Assembly (NCBI GenBank): GCA_963699155.1
Contig: OY969414.1
Location: forward strand, 1,163,757-1,227,756
Length of the DNA: 64,000 nucleotides
Direction of reading: 5' to 3'
DNA from: an uncultured Chlamydiales bacterium
GTDB taxonomy: Bacteria > Chlamydiota > Chlamydiia > Chlamydiales > JAAKFR01
Both the position numbers and the translations under genes were made by a program. Shown in pieces: positions 9,780-19,654 of this stretch; the stretch's first letter is position 1, and each line of letters begins with the position of its first letter. Below the pieces are notes generated by a model. It saw only the letters and a program-made list of their open reading frames with translations. It made no database searches and was not told the origin of the DNA.

Positions 9780-10760
9780 CTATTTTCTACAACCCCAATT
9801 AATCCAGTGTTCTAATAGCCGCGACATAGTGACCGGCAGATTGGTCTTGTGGATTCCATCCTGAGGAACGATCTGCTGATGCACAAGATCCAAGGCTGCG
9901 AGTTGGAGGCATATTTCTGCAGTACCCCTCCAGTGGCTAGTGACCGATTTCTGCAAAGGGCAGATCTCTTTAAGAGCCGTGATACTCTCTAATTGGATGG
10001 TATAACGACGATCTTTCGGGTAGGAGGTGTAGGGACAACCTTCGCTCACATTGATGGTTGTGCTCCCTCTCTGTTTCCGACCAGATTTGCAGTAGAGAAA
10101 CTGAATCGCAGAGTCGGGCCAGAGCCTCTTATAAAAAGTGTCAAAGGTTTTCTCATCCCAGGCCTCATCTAGGGAAAGAGAATGGTTCTGCTGAGGTGAA
10201 GTTTGATAGAGCCATCCAATTTTGAACCCCACATCTCTGATTTCATGCATGTAATGGGTGATCGCAGTTTGTGTACAACGATAGCCGTAATGACGGGTAT
10301 CCATTCTGTAACACTGCATCTCCCTATGACCTTCCACTAAGTTGTGGATGGTTTGGAGCTCGGGCAAAGCCACTAAGTCAGATGAGAGAACAATTTCGGT
10401 GCACTCTTTCAATTTGGCCAGCTCTAGCAAGGGTGCCAGGCTCCAAACTATCCGTTCTACCTCTTCTTTCTCACCACCTGCTTCAATGGCCATACTATCG
10501 GCGATCAGTAGAATCACTACTGGGCGGGCTTCTGGATTTGACTCCAAAAGCTCTGCTCTCAGAACAGCGGCCGTCAGTAACATCGGCATGACATCGACAG
10601 GCAAACCTGAGCTCAATTTGTCTTTTACCGACCAGAGCCCGATTCCCATATGGATGTTCAGTTTTTGACCCTTTGGATGGGTCAATTTGTCGCTATTGTA
10701 CGTGAAGAGCGAAAGACTCTCAGACAGTAGCTTCTGTTTGTTTATTGGTTCTAGAGCCAT
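9780..10760 (-). CDS. Hypothetical protein (326 aa) in the aminotransferase-permease operon
   Basis: ATG at 10760 with GGAGG RBS, overlapping the upstream gene end. Confidence 0.7.
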   Translation of the reverse strand: MALEPINKQKLLSESLSLFTYNSDKLTHPKGQKLNIHMGIGLWSVKDKLSSGLPVDVMPMLLTAAVLRAELLESNPEARPVVILLIADSMAIEAGGEKEEVERIVWSLAPLLELAKLKECTEIVLSSDLVALPELQTIHNLVEGHREMQCYRMDTRHYGYRCTQTAITHYMHEIRDVGFKIGWLYQTSPQQNHSLSLDEAWDEKTFDTFYKRLWPDSAIQFLYCKSGRKQRGSTTINVSEGCPYTSYPKDRRYTIQLESITALKEICPLQKSVTSHWRGTAEICLQLAALDLVHQQIVPQDGIHKTNLPVTMSRLLEHWINWGCRK

Positions 10761-11791
10761 GATTCTTCCTCCATCATTTTTTTTAAAATTGAGATAAACT
10801 TTTGATTCGTCTGCTCTTTTTGCGGCGAGATCCGGATATATTTTTCTAAGCCAGCGTACAGAGAGCAATCAACGACGGCGATGCCCCATTGGTTCGCTTT
10901 GTGGCAGAAAAGGGTTGCTGAGCCGCATTTAAAGGGCACTTGGGCGATAAAGTTTTGCCCTTGAGAGGGCACGATAGAAAAACCCAATTTCTCTAACTCG
11001 CAAATCAGCCATCCTTTTTCCTTTAAAATATAGTCCAGACTACGCTGGAGATGCTCTTGATCTTGAAGCGCTGCCATTGCAGCAGCGATAGCGAACAGAT
11101 TGACCCTATAGGACCTTAAATTGGCTTTTATTTGATCAATAACAGGGGAGTGAGCAACGAGATAACCGATGCGTAAACCAGCCAATCCATAGGATTTAGA
11201 AAAGGAGCGCACCACGATGATATTGGGGTGGAGTGGATAATCTAAAAGTGACTCGCCAATGTAGTCTGCGCCTGCTTCAGAAATCAGAAGTGGAACGGAA
11301 GAGTGATCCGCGAGATGGTGCAGCTGAGAAATATTGGTCCAGATCCCCGTGGGATTGTTGGGATTACAGAGATGGATACAGGCCGTTTTTGGCGAGATGA
11401 GATCGACCATTCTCTCTAAGTTGAGAGTGAAATCTCTATTGAGAGGAATCTGATCGACAGCGCCTTGCAAGCTTGCCATGCAGGCGACAGACTCGGGAAA
11501 GGTTGCAGCAGGAACGATGATCCCTTTTCCGATCGCAAAAACTTTCAAGAAATCTTCCAGGAGCCCATTCGCTCCTGCGCCTAAAATGATGGAATGGGCG
11601 TTGATGCGATGATGTTGAGCAATCAAGTCGATGAGCGGTTTCTCATCTGGATAACGATTCACCCGCTCCATCGCGTCAATCATCCCTTCCAATGCTCGTG
11701 GAGAGCAGCCAAGGGGATTTTCAGATAATGAGAGATCGATGGGAGCTCGTCTCTTATGAGCATAGCTATGCTCATATAAAAGAGGTTTCAT
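10751..11791 (-). CDS. PLP-dependent class I/II aminotransferase (HisC/aromatic aminotransferase-like)
   Basis: LSENPLG, RYPD, CNPNNPTG, RSFSKSYGLAGLRIGY. Confidence 0.85.
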   Translation of the reverse strand: MKPLLYEHSYAHKRRAPIDLSLSENPLGCSPRALEGMIDAMERVNRYPDEKPLIDLIAQHHRINAHSIILGAGANGLLEDFLKVFAIGKGIIVPAATFPESVACMASLQGAVDQIPLNRDFTLNLERMVDLISPKTACIHLCNPNNPTGIWTNISQLHHLADHSSVPLLISEAGADYIGESLLDYPLHPNIIVVRSFSKSYGLAGLRIGYLVAHSPVIDQIKANLRSYRVNLFAIAAAMAALQDQEHLQRSLDYILKEKGWLICELEKLGFSIVPSQGQNFIAQVPFKCGSATLFCHKANQWGIAVVDCSLYAGLEKYIRISPQKEQTNQKFISILKKMMEEESWL

Positions 11792-11885
11792 GATAACAAA
11801 TTTTTTTTAAAAATTTCGAACAAACGCAAAAATCGCGTTCTTTTTAGTTCCGAGAGGTTCTAAAAAGTTTCAAATGGTGTGGGAG

Positions 11886-12011
11886 TTAGTTGAAAAAATA
11901 GAATGCGCTAAAGGCGCTAAAGTAAAAGTAGGAAAATGGAGAGGTGATGGAAGAATGTGAAAGTTGATGACCCTCTTGTTGAGAGGAGCGCTTTTTTGGG
12001 ATTGTTTTCAT
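11886..12011 (-). CDS. Phe/Tyr-rich leader peptide (41 aa), candidate attenuator
   Basis: MKTIPKKRSSQQEGHQLSHSSITSPFSYFYFSAFSAFYFFN*; AGAGGA RBS; 7 Phe + 3 Tyr in the last 16 codons. Confidence 0.7.
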   Translation of the reverse strand: MKTIPKKRSSQQEGHQLSHSSITSPFSYFYFSAFSAFYFFN

Positions 12012-12136
12012 CGCATTTTCCTCTTTGGCATTGCCAAAATACAACCCAAATATATCTCACAGGAAGATTTACTGTCAATAAGGCTATGGTAAAAATTTTC
12101 GATTTTCTCTATGAAGCAAGAAAATGAGGTATCTCT

Positions 12137-13609
12137 ATGAGTTCCCAAGAATTTCAACGCCAACTCAACGAGCAGGTTTTTCCACCTAATTGGGTGAACC
12201 CTGAAGCCAAAGGGGAGTATGATCTTCTCGTAATCGGAGGTGGGCCAGGAGGCATGACTGCGGCCATAACAGCTCAAAGCTTGGGAGCGCGCACTGCGCT
12301 TGTCGAAAAAGAGCATTTAGGCGGGGAATGTTTCAACTATGGTTGCATACCGTCGAAAGCTTTTTTGCATTCTTCTCGCTTGGCAAAGAGGGTAAAAGAG
12401 GCCTCAGAATATGGCGTCGAGGTTTCTCAAGGATGGAAGGTTGAATTCAAGAAGGTCATTCAGCGGGTGCATGCATTGCAACTATTCCTCGCTCCTAATG
12501 ACTCGGTAACTCGTCTCAAAAATTTGGGATTAGATCTCTTTTTAGGTGAAGGTCGTTTCACAGGTAGGCGTGAGGTCGAAGTAGCGGGTCAAAAGATCCG
12601 CTTTAAAAAGGCCATTATCTCGACAGGTACGCAACCTATTCCCTTAAATGTGCCTGGCATTGGGTTTTCAGATTATTTGACCAATCAAAATGTCTTTAAT
12701 CTTTCCGAATTGCCCAGAAGACTGGCAGTGTTCGGAGCAGGTCCTATTGGCTGCGAGCTTTCACAAGCCTTTTTACACTTAGGTTCAGAGGTCTATTTAA
12801 TCACTCGCGGTACCCATTTGCTTCCTCGAGATGATGAGATGGCTTCAGAGCGCCTCCAAAACGTATTCGAAAAAGAGGGAATGAAACTACTGAAGCAAAC
12901 AAAGCTGCTTCGCGTGGAGAAAAAAGGGAAGGAGAAGCTTCTCTATCTAGATTCTCAAAAAGAGCCGCTCGTCGTGGATGAGATATTAGTAGCGATCGGT
13001 CGAAAACCGGCGGTCGAGAGCTTAAATTTAGAAAGTGGTCAGGTTACTTATGATCTGAAATCGGGAATTCAGGTCGATGACTATCTGAAAACAACCAATC
13101 CCGATATCTATGGGGCAGGAGACTCTTCCTCACGCTTTAAATTCACCCATCTTTCGATAGATCTGAATAAAATTGCTGTAAACAATGCGTTGAATGGAGA
13201 TCGTGAAAAAGCAAGCGCTCTGGTAGTGCCCTGGGCGACCTATACAGAGCCTGAAGTGGCCCATATTGGTCTGCAGGAAGCTGAAGTGAAGGCTCTGGGA
13301 ATCCCTTTTGAAGTGGTCACGATTGAAATGTCAAATGTGGACCGGGCGATTTTGGATGGGGAGACAGTCGGGTTTGCAAAACTCATTGTCAGAGAAGGGG
13401 AAGAGCAAATATTGGGAGCGACCATCATGGCCGCCCACGCAGGAGAGATGATCTCCGAATTGAGTGTGGCTATGAATAGCGTGAATGGCCTCACATCATT
13501 GTTAAAGGCCATTCACCCCTTCCCCACGCAATCCCAAGTGCTCAGGATGGCGGCAGAAGCCCTCGTGCAAAAGCGTAAGAGCTACGCTAGTGCTGCATCC
13601 CGCCGCTGA
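12137..13609 (+). CDS. FAD-dependent pyridine nucleotide-disulfide oxidoreductase (MerA/LpdA-like)
   Basis: GGGPGG, GGECFNYGCIPSK, IHPFPT; lacks the C-terminal Cys pair of true MerA. Confidence 0.85.
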   Translation: MSSQEFQRQLNEQVFPPNWVNPEAKGEYDLLVIGGGPGGMTAAITAQSLGARTALVEKEHLGGECFNYGCIPSKAFLHSSRLAKRVKEASEYGVEVSQGWKVEFKKVIQRVHALQLFLAPNDSVTRLKNLGLDLFLGEGRFTGRREVEVAGQKIRFKKAIISTGTQPIPLNVPGIGFSDYLTNQNVFNLSELPRRLAVFGAGPIGCELSQAFLHLGSEVYLITRGTHLLPRDDEMASERLQNVFEKEGMKLLKQTKLLRVEKKGKEKLLYLDSQKEPLVVDEILVAIGRKPAVESLNLESGQVTYDLKSGIQVDDYLKTTNPDIYGAGDSSSRFKFTHLSIDLNKIAVNNALNGDREKASALVVPWATYTEPEVAHIGLQEAEVKALGIPFEVVTIEMSNVDRAILDGETVGFAKLIVREGEEQILGATIMAAHAGEMISELSVAMNSVNGLTSLLKAIHPFPTQSQVLRMAAEALVQKRKSYASAASRR

Positions 13610-14342
13610 TGAAGAAGGTTTCATCGGTGATCCAGGCAGAATCATCGGAGGCCAAAAAGAGTACCAAACGGGCCACATCTTCTGGCTGTCCAATACGGGC
13701 TAAGGGAATGTCCTGAACCTTTTTCTGCCACATTTCATCAGTAAACACTCCCATCGCACGGGTCCCCTCGGTTTCAATAATTCCTGGATTTACAGCGTTC
13801 ACACGGATTTTGCGCGGTGCCAGCTCTTTTGCTAAACATTTTGTGATCGCATCCACAGAGGCCTTAGTCGCGCTATAGACAGAGGTATTGGCAAGCGTCA
13901 ACGTACTGGCTACAGAACTGATATTGATGATGCATCCACCCCTGGAGTTAAACTGTTTCACAGCTTCTTTGGTAACCATCAATAATCCAAGAACATTAAT
14001 ATCAAATTGCTTGTGATAGTGTTCCGGAGTGATCTCTTCTAAAGAGCTAAATTCATAGATACCTGCATTGTTAATCAGGATGTCCAACTTACCAAAGGCT
14101 TTCACAGCTTCATTCACGAGGCGCTGCGCATCTTCTATTTTGGAAACATTACCTTGAACAGCCACCGCCTTTCCCCCAGCGGCGACAATTTTAGAAACCA
14201 GCTCATCGGCCTCTTTCTTACTGCTTGAATAGTTGACTACAACAGAGGCCCCTTCTGTAGCGAGCTCTGTAGCGATGGCAGAGCCAATCCCTTTCGAAGC
14301 TCCTGTCACAATCGCGACCTTATCTTCTAATTTCTTTGACAT
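13587..14342 (-). CDS. Short-chain dehydrogenase/reductase
   Basis: TGASKGIG, NNAG, YSATK. Confidence 0.9.
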   Translation of the reverse strand: MSKKLEDKVAIVTGASKGIGSAIATELATEGASVVVNYSSSKKEADELVSKIVAAGGKAVAVQGNVSKIEDAQRLVNEAVKAFGKLDILINNAGIYEFSSLEEITPEHYHKQFDINVLGLLMVTKEAVKQFNSRGGCIINISSVASTLTLANTSVYSATKASVDAITKCLAKELAPRKIRVNAVNPGIIETEGTRAMGVFTDEMWQKKVQDIPLARIGQPEDVARLVLFLASDDSAWITDETFFISGGMQH

Positions 14343-14472
14343 AGACCAACCTCCTAAAATACTAATACTAGGATACTAAGAATCAATAAGATTGTCAAGA
14401 AATTATTTAAATTTGCCCTTAAGATGGTCGAAATTGCTTTCCGTTTACTTCTGAGTAAGCTATAAGGGCTAC

Positions 14473-15531
14473 GTGTATTTATCTGATTTTGAAATCCAAC
14501 GTCCTCCCTATTCTTATTCCCAGGGAATGGGTCTTGAACTACTGGCTGAACTGCACAAGATCGCAGAGAAGGAAGGGGGCCCCTCATTTGAGCAGCATAT
14601 TTCCGAGAGGATTGCCAAGGTCTGCTGTAAGCCAGATAAAATCAACAACCGCAATACAACGATCACCAACGAGTGGCTCAAAGAGCGGAGAGGTTTTGGA
14701 GAGCGAAATCGCACCTTCCAAGCATATGCCGAAGAGGTTTTTAAGAAATTTTACCCCAACTCAGCTACCCCTCCTGCCGAACTGATCCATGTGACCTGTA
14801 CAGGCTATTTCTCCCCCAGCGCTGGGCAAAAAATGGTAGTTGAGCGAGGTTGGGAAAAAAACACTTTGGTGACTCATGCCTACCATATGGGCTGTATGGC
14901 AGCGCTCCCAGCGATTCGTATGGCTCTCGGCAGCGCCTCCCTCCACTCTTCCCGTGTCGATATTGTTCATACAGAACTCTGTTCTCTCCATTTGAACCCT
15001 GCGCTGCATAGCGATGAACAGCTGGTGGCTCAGAGCCTTTTTGCGGATGGATTGATTAAATACTCTCTCTTTCCTGAATCCTGTCCAAGACCCTCTCTGC
15101 GTGTGTTGACTGTCTACGAAGAGCTGATTCCCGGTACAGCAGAGAGGATGAAATGGGAGTGTGAAGATTGGGGATTAAAGATGACCCTTTCCAAAGAGAT
15201 ACCTGTCCTCATTGGAAGGGCGATTGCTGACTTCATTCAAAGGCTAGAAGAGAAAAGTGGCGTCTCTCTAGGTCAAGCCCATTATGCGATTCACCCAGGC
15301 GGACCTAAAGTGATTGAAATGATCGGCAAAAAATTAAATCTCACTCAAAGTCAGCTAGCTATTTCAGAGAAAATTCTCTATAACTTTGGGAATATGTCAT
15401 CTGCCACCCTGCCCCACATTTGGGAAGAGATGTTACGAGATCCAAAAATCCCAGCGGAGAGCTACATTGTGGGTTTAGCTTTTGGACCTGGTCTCTGTAT
15501 GGCAGGCGCTGTGTTACAGAAAAAAGCGTAA
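14473..15531 (+). CDS. Type III polyketide synthase (chalcone synthase-like)
   Basis: Catalytic Cys (HMGCMAA), His (IHPGG) and Asn (GNMSSAT); FGPG. Confidence 0.9.
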   Translation: MYLSDFEIQRPPYSYSQGMGLELLAELHKIAEKEGGPSFEQHISERIAKVCCKPDKINNRNTTITNEWLKERRGFGERNRTFQAYAEEVFKKFYPNSATPPAELIHVTCTGYFSPSAGQKMVVERGWEKNTLVTHAYHMGCMAALPAIRMALGSASLHSSRVDIVHTELCSLHLNPALHSDEQLVAQSLFADGLIKYSLFPESCPRPSLRVLTVYEELIPGTAERMKWECEDWGLKMTLSKEIPVLIGRAIADFIQRLEEKSGVSLGQAHYAIHPGGPKVIEMIGKKLNLTQSQLAISEKILYNFGNMSSATLPHIWEEMLRDPKIPAESYIVGLAFGPGLCMAGAVLQKKA

Positions 15532-15535
15532 TTTT

Positions 15536-15985
15536 ATGAATTGGTTGTGGCTGCTTTTCATCCCTTTTATCATTCAAACCGTCGTCATTTCATACGACGA
15601 ATTCTTTTTTCATCTGAAGAGGGGCTTGCCGCGGTGGGAACGGATAGGCCATCCTCTCGATACCTTTAGTGTCGTCCTCTGTCTCGCTTTTACGATCGTT
15701 TTTCCCTATAGTAAATCTCTCATTCTTCCTTTTGTAGCCCTCTCTGCTTTTTCCTGTCTGTTGGTGACTAAAGATGAGTTTGTTCATAAAGAACATTGCA
15801 ATGCGAAAGAGCAGTGGCTTCATGCACTTCTCTTTCTTAACCATCCTCTCGTCTTGATCAGCCTAGGATTGATGTGGGCGCAAGGAGCTTTCTTTGTCCC
15901 ATTTTTGACCATTCAACTGGTTTTTATCTCTCTTTTCTGCCTTTATCAACTGATCTATTGGAATCTGGTATGGAAAGAAAAGTAG
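15536..15985 (+). CDS. His-motif membrane protein in the PKS operon
   Basis: ~4 TM segments; DEFFFH, WERIGHPLD, KDEFVH, EQWLHALLF. Confidence 0.7.
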   Translation: MNWLWLLFIPFIIQTVVISYDEFFFHLKRGLPRWERIGHPLDTFSVVLCLAFTIVFPYSKSLILPFVALSAFSCLLVTKDEFVHKEHCNAKEQWLHALLFLNHPLVLISLGLMWAQGAFFVPFLTIQLVFISLFCLYQLIYWNLVWKEK

Positions 15986-16743
15986 TCAACAATGCCTTTT
16001 ATGATGATTTGGGAAAAAAATGGTATGAGGCCTATGACCACCCCATCGCCTTGCTGAGGGCAGAAAATAGAGCACGCGCTCCTTGGGTTGCCCAAAAAAT
16101 TCACGATCATTTTGAACATAAAAAGTGTGCTGTCCTCGATATTGGCTGTGGTGGAGGGTTTTTAAGCAATGCATTGGCTCAGCAGGGGCATCAAGTGACG
16201 GGTGTCGATCTTTCGGAAGAGAGCTTAACTGTGGCACGCGAACATGACACAACCTCGACTGTTCTCTATAAAACAGGAAATGCTCTTGCACTTCCCTTTG
16301 CTCCATCACAGTTTGAAATCGCCTGTGCGATGGACCTTCTCGAACATGTGGAAGATCCCGGAAAAGTGATTGGTGAAGCTGCCCGTGTTTTAAAGCCAGG
16401 GGGGCTCTTTTTCTTCCACACCTTTAACCGCAATTGGCTAAGCTGGCTCTTTGCGCTAAAGGGAATCGAATGGTTTGTCCCAAATTCTCCCCCCAATATT
16501 CATCTCTACCGCTTATTCATTAAGCCAAGTGAGATGTCTACCTATTTCCAAAAGAGCTCTCTCAAGCTTTCTCAAATGTGTGGCTTAATGCCGATCATGG
16601 ATAAAGCGTTCATTAAACTCCTCCTCAGCCGCCAAATTTCGCACCAATTTTCATTCAAAATGGTGCCCTCTCTCAAGTGTGGCTACATGGGTTATGCGAT
16701 TAAAGATAAGAGCATTACCGACTCACAAAACTCCAAAAGATGA
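15970..16743 (+). CDS. UbiG-like SAM-dependent O-methyltransferase
   Basis: VLDIGCGGGFLS, MDLLEHVEDP, LKPGGLFFFHTFNR. Confidence 0.85.
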   Translation: MERKVVNNAFYDDLGKKWYEAYDHPIALLRAENRARAPWVAQKIHDHFEHKKCAVLDIGCGGGFLSNALAQQGHQVTGVDLSEESLTVAREHDTTSTVLYKTGNALALPFAPSQFEIACAMDLLEHVEDPGKVIGEAARVLKPGGLFFFHTFNRNWLSWLFALKGIEWFVPNSPPNIHLYRLFIKPSEMSTYFQKSSLKLSQMCGLMPIMDKAFIKLLLSRQISHQFSFKMVPSLKCGYMGYAIKDKSITDSQNSKR

Positions 16744-16913
16744 GGATTTCTACCAGATAGAGGGCTAGTAGAATGAAGGTCCCGATGATGTTGATCTTCC
16801 GGCGCGATCTGATATCTGGAGTGAGCCAGGATTTAAATAAGCCTCATGCACATCCTCTGGAATTGTAAGCTTAGTCGTAATGATGTTGGCTTTCTTGACG
16901 AACTGAGCCATCT

Positions 16914-17399
16914 CTAGTAGTGAACGTGATTGGGCATCTTTTGGAATTCCTTCCACACTTCCACTGCTTGGGGCCGTAAGTATTCAGTTGACTTGATACG
17001 TCGATCTTTAGGATCTTTCCTCAGTTCATCCTGAATATCGGAGTCGGCGAAATTACCATAGGTGAGTGCATCTTCAATGGTTGAGGCATAAAAAATTTGA
17101 TCGATATGAGCCCAGTAAGCAGTGGCAAGACACATCGGACAACATTCCCCTGTTGTATAGAGATCGCACCCATCTAAGTGACAACTTCCAATATTCTTAC
17201 ACGCTTCTCTAATGGCTTGCATCTCACCATGCCAGGTAGGATCGTTATGTTTCACAACTTGATTGTAACCCTCTCCAATAATCTTACCGTCTTTAACCAC
17301 AACGGCACCAAAGACGCCGCCCGATTTTTCAACGAGTGAACCTTGACGTGCCAGTTCAATCGCTCTTTTCATAAACTTTTCTTCTGGTTTTCTTGCCAT
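16914..17399 (-). CDS. Zn-dependent nucleoside/guanine deaminase (GuaD-like)
   Basis: GGVFGAVVV, DPTWHGEMQAIREAC, ECCPMC. Confidence 0.8.
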   Translation of the reverse strand: MARKPEEKFMKRAIELARQGSLVEKSGGVFGAVVVKDGKIIGEGYNQVVKHNDPTWHGEMQAIREACKNIGSCHLDGCDLYTTGECCPMCLATAYWAHIDQIFYASTIEDALTYGNFADSDIQDELRKDPKDRRIKSTEYLRPQAVEVWKEFQKMPNHVHY

Positions 17400-17740
17400 C
17401 TTCTCCCCCTCCATAAAACAATATTTTTACTTTTCAATTAATTATAAGCTTTTTTGTTAAAAAGAAGAACTACTGTTCTATTCGTTCCAACACAGTCACT
17501 TGGAAGAGCAGGCGGAACACTTTGCTCATATTGAAAGAGTTGTGCAGGATCATATTTCAGCTTCACACTTTTCAGTCTCTGCACGTTACCTCCATAGTAA
17601 GCCAAATTTTCTCTTATCAGAATGAGTTATTTTACAGAATGACAAGTGAGTGAACATAGATCGCAGAAGTGGAAGAAGACAGAATCGCACTACTCTGACC
17701 ACAGCTTGCTCGGGTAATGACGATATTCATAGTGCTCCCG

Positions 17741-18244
17741 CTAGAGCAGAGATGAATCAATGGCAACATGCTTAATGCAACGTTGGGATAGATTGGGTGG
17801 GGTCCATGCATAAACAATATGTATTAGCCCTTGCGAATCAAGTATAGCTGAAGGCATTTCTCCAGAGTCTCTTTCTAAGGTTAGAAGAGGTTGCCAGGAA
17901 TCGCCTCCATCCTGAGAAAGAGCAATAATTAATGGAAAACGATCACTATGAGAATGGTTGTAGATAACTAATAAAGAGCCAGTTCCTAAATTTGTTACCT
18001 CAATACTTGAATCAGGATTAGGGAGAGATGTAGGTTTGAGTTCACTCCATGTTTTTCCGCCATTATGAGATTTAGCACTCCAAATCCAGCCTTTTTGGCC
18101 AATTTTAGCAGCTCGATCTCTACAAAATAGCTTTAGATGCCCATTTTGATCCTGGACAAGCGAAGGTTCTATTGCTCCAAAATGTCTTCCCGGAATTTCT
18201 ATAGCACGCCTGGAGCTACCTCCGCAATGGATGGGCTGTGGCAA
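17741..18244 (-). pseudogene. C-terminal half of a BNR-repeat exo-alpha-sialidase-like domain
   Basis: Asp-boxes SHNGGKTW and SQDGGDSW; LPNPDS; out of frame with the KdsC ORF. Confidence 0.7.
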
Positions 18245-18840
18245 TCAAAATTGGAAACTACAGGAGAAAGGCACTCGCTGACAAGAATTGATTTCCTTGT
18301 TTTGATTAGAAAATCTGTAAGCTCCCGCACTGCACCATGACCGCCTTCAAATGAGGAGATCCATCCACACGCTGCCCTAACTTCAGGAACAGCATCTGTT
18401 GGGCAGCAAGCCAATCCTACGATCTTCAAAACGGGTAAATCAGGCAGGTCATCACCCATATAGCAGATTTCATCAAGCTTGAGATGATGTATATCCGCAA
18501 GTTCTTTAATAATAGCCACTTTATCTTTGACATTTTGATAGATATGGCAAATTTTGAGTTCTTGACTCCTTCTTTCAACCATAGGAGAAGCGCGGCCGGT
18601 GATAATAGCTGTGATGAAATTCTCCTGTGCAGCCAAAACAAGCCCGAGCCCATCTTTTACATTAAAGACTTTGAGCTCCTCTCCACTCGATGTGTAGGTA
18701 ATTTCTCCATTTGTCAAGACGCCATCGACATCAAGAGCAATCAGCTTAATATTTTTAACGCTCTCCAGATTACCTTGAATCTCATAACCAGATATCGTGA
18801 GAGAAAGCAGGCAAAATAGTGCAGATAAAAAAGGCTTCAT
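18199..18840 (-). CDS. kdsC: KdsC-like HAD phosphatase with signal-like N-terminus; tail begins a sialidase domain
   Basis: LDVDGVLTNG, FNVKDGLG, IITGR, YMGDDLPD, GGHGAVRE. Confidence 0.75.
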   Translation of the reverse strand: MKPFLSALFCLLSLTISGYEIQGNLESVKNIKLIALDVDGVLTNGEITYTSSGEELKVFNVKDGLGLVLAAQENFITAIITGRASPMVERRSQELKICHIYQNVKDKVAIIKELADIHHLKLDEICYMGDDLPDLPVLKIVGLACCPTDAVPEVRAACGWISSFEGGHGAVRELTDFLIKTRKSILVSECLSPVVSNFDCHSPSIAEVAPGVL

Positions 18841-19289
18841 GAGGCTTGTAAAGCAACATAAATTTTAATTTCAGGGTTGTTTTGAAGGGCAAACTGAGGT
18901 GGATAGACTTCAAAATCAACAGTATAGGCACGTATAATAGGCGAAGCCCAAATTTTTTGCCAAGCTGTCACTACAGATTCGGGGAATTTCCCTGTAGCAG
19001 GAAAGAGAGCATACTCAGCTGCTGGAATGACTTTGCCAGTCAGCCCCACTGGAATGCTGTTCAAATCAGCCACTTCATATCCAATAATGCAGGAGTAGGG
19101 TTTTGTAAAATCACCCTCATAATCTGTGTAGAGAGAAAAGATCGTCTCACACAGCTTATTAGGGATTTTATCAGCAATGCGCTCATTAAAGAACCTCTCC
19201 CAATGAGCAGGGATCTCTTTTTCTGCTCTTTCATTTGAAGTTCTCAATGAGATCCCAAGAATGAATTTCTCACCTATTTTTTCCTGCAT
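18837..19289 (-). CDS. GyrI-like small-molecule-binding protein
   Basis: GISLRTSN, YTDYEGD, AWQKIW, RAYTVDFEVY. Confidence 0.85.
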   Translation of the reverse strand: MQEKIGEKFILGISLRTSNERAEKEIPAHWERFFNERIADKIPNKLCETIFSLYTDYEGDFTKPYSCIIGYEVADLNSIPVGLTGKVIPAAEYALFPATGKFPESVVTAWQKIWASPIIRAYTVDFEVYPPQFALQNNPEIKIYVALQAS

Positions 19290-19654
19290 AAGATCTTCCT
19301 ATTTTTGAATTGGCGAGGACAGTAAGTGTGATTGGAAAAATACCGAAACACCGGGCAATTCAAAAGGAGCGTGCAACAAGTACAAAATTTCCATTTTTCT
19401 CTTCTTGTGATTTATGGATCATTCCTTTATACCCCTGAGAAGTTTTTTTTGCACAGAGATATGCTCCAACTCTTATTTTTAGAGAGAGGCTAAATAAGGC
19501 GAGACAGTGGCATTTGAGTGGAGTTTATTGCCTTGAATGGCTTCTAATCCTTGTTGCAAAGAATTATCCAGCTATGTGAGAAGGATAAATTCCTTTTTGA
19601 TGGGTTTCTGTATAGTTATGGCTGATATTTTACGACATATATACACCCCTAAGG

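Noticed and set aside
9548..9802. 84-aa ORF spanning the palindrome
   Set aside because: Antisense to real genes and made mostly of the palindromic element.
12137..13609. Mercury resistance (merA)
   Set aside because: No C-terminal Cys-Cys pair, no NmerA domain and no mer operon genes.
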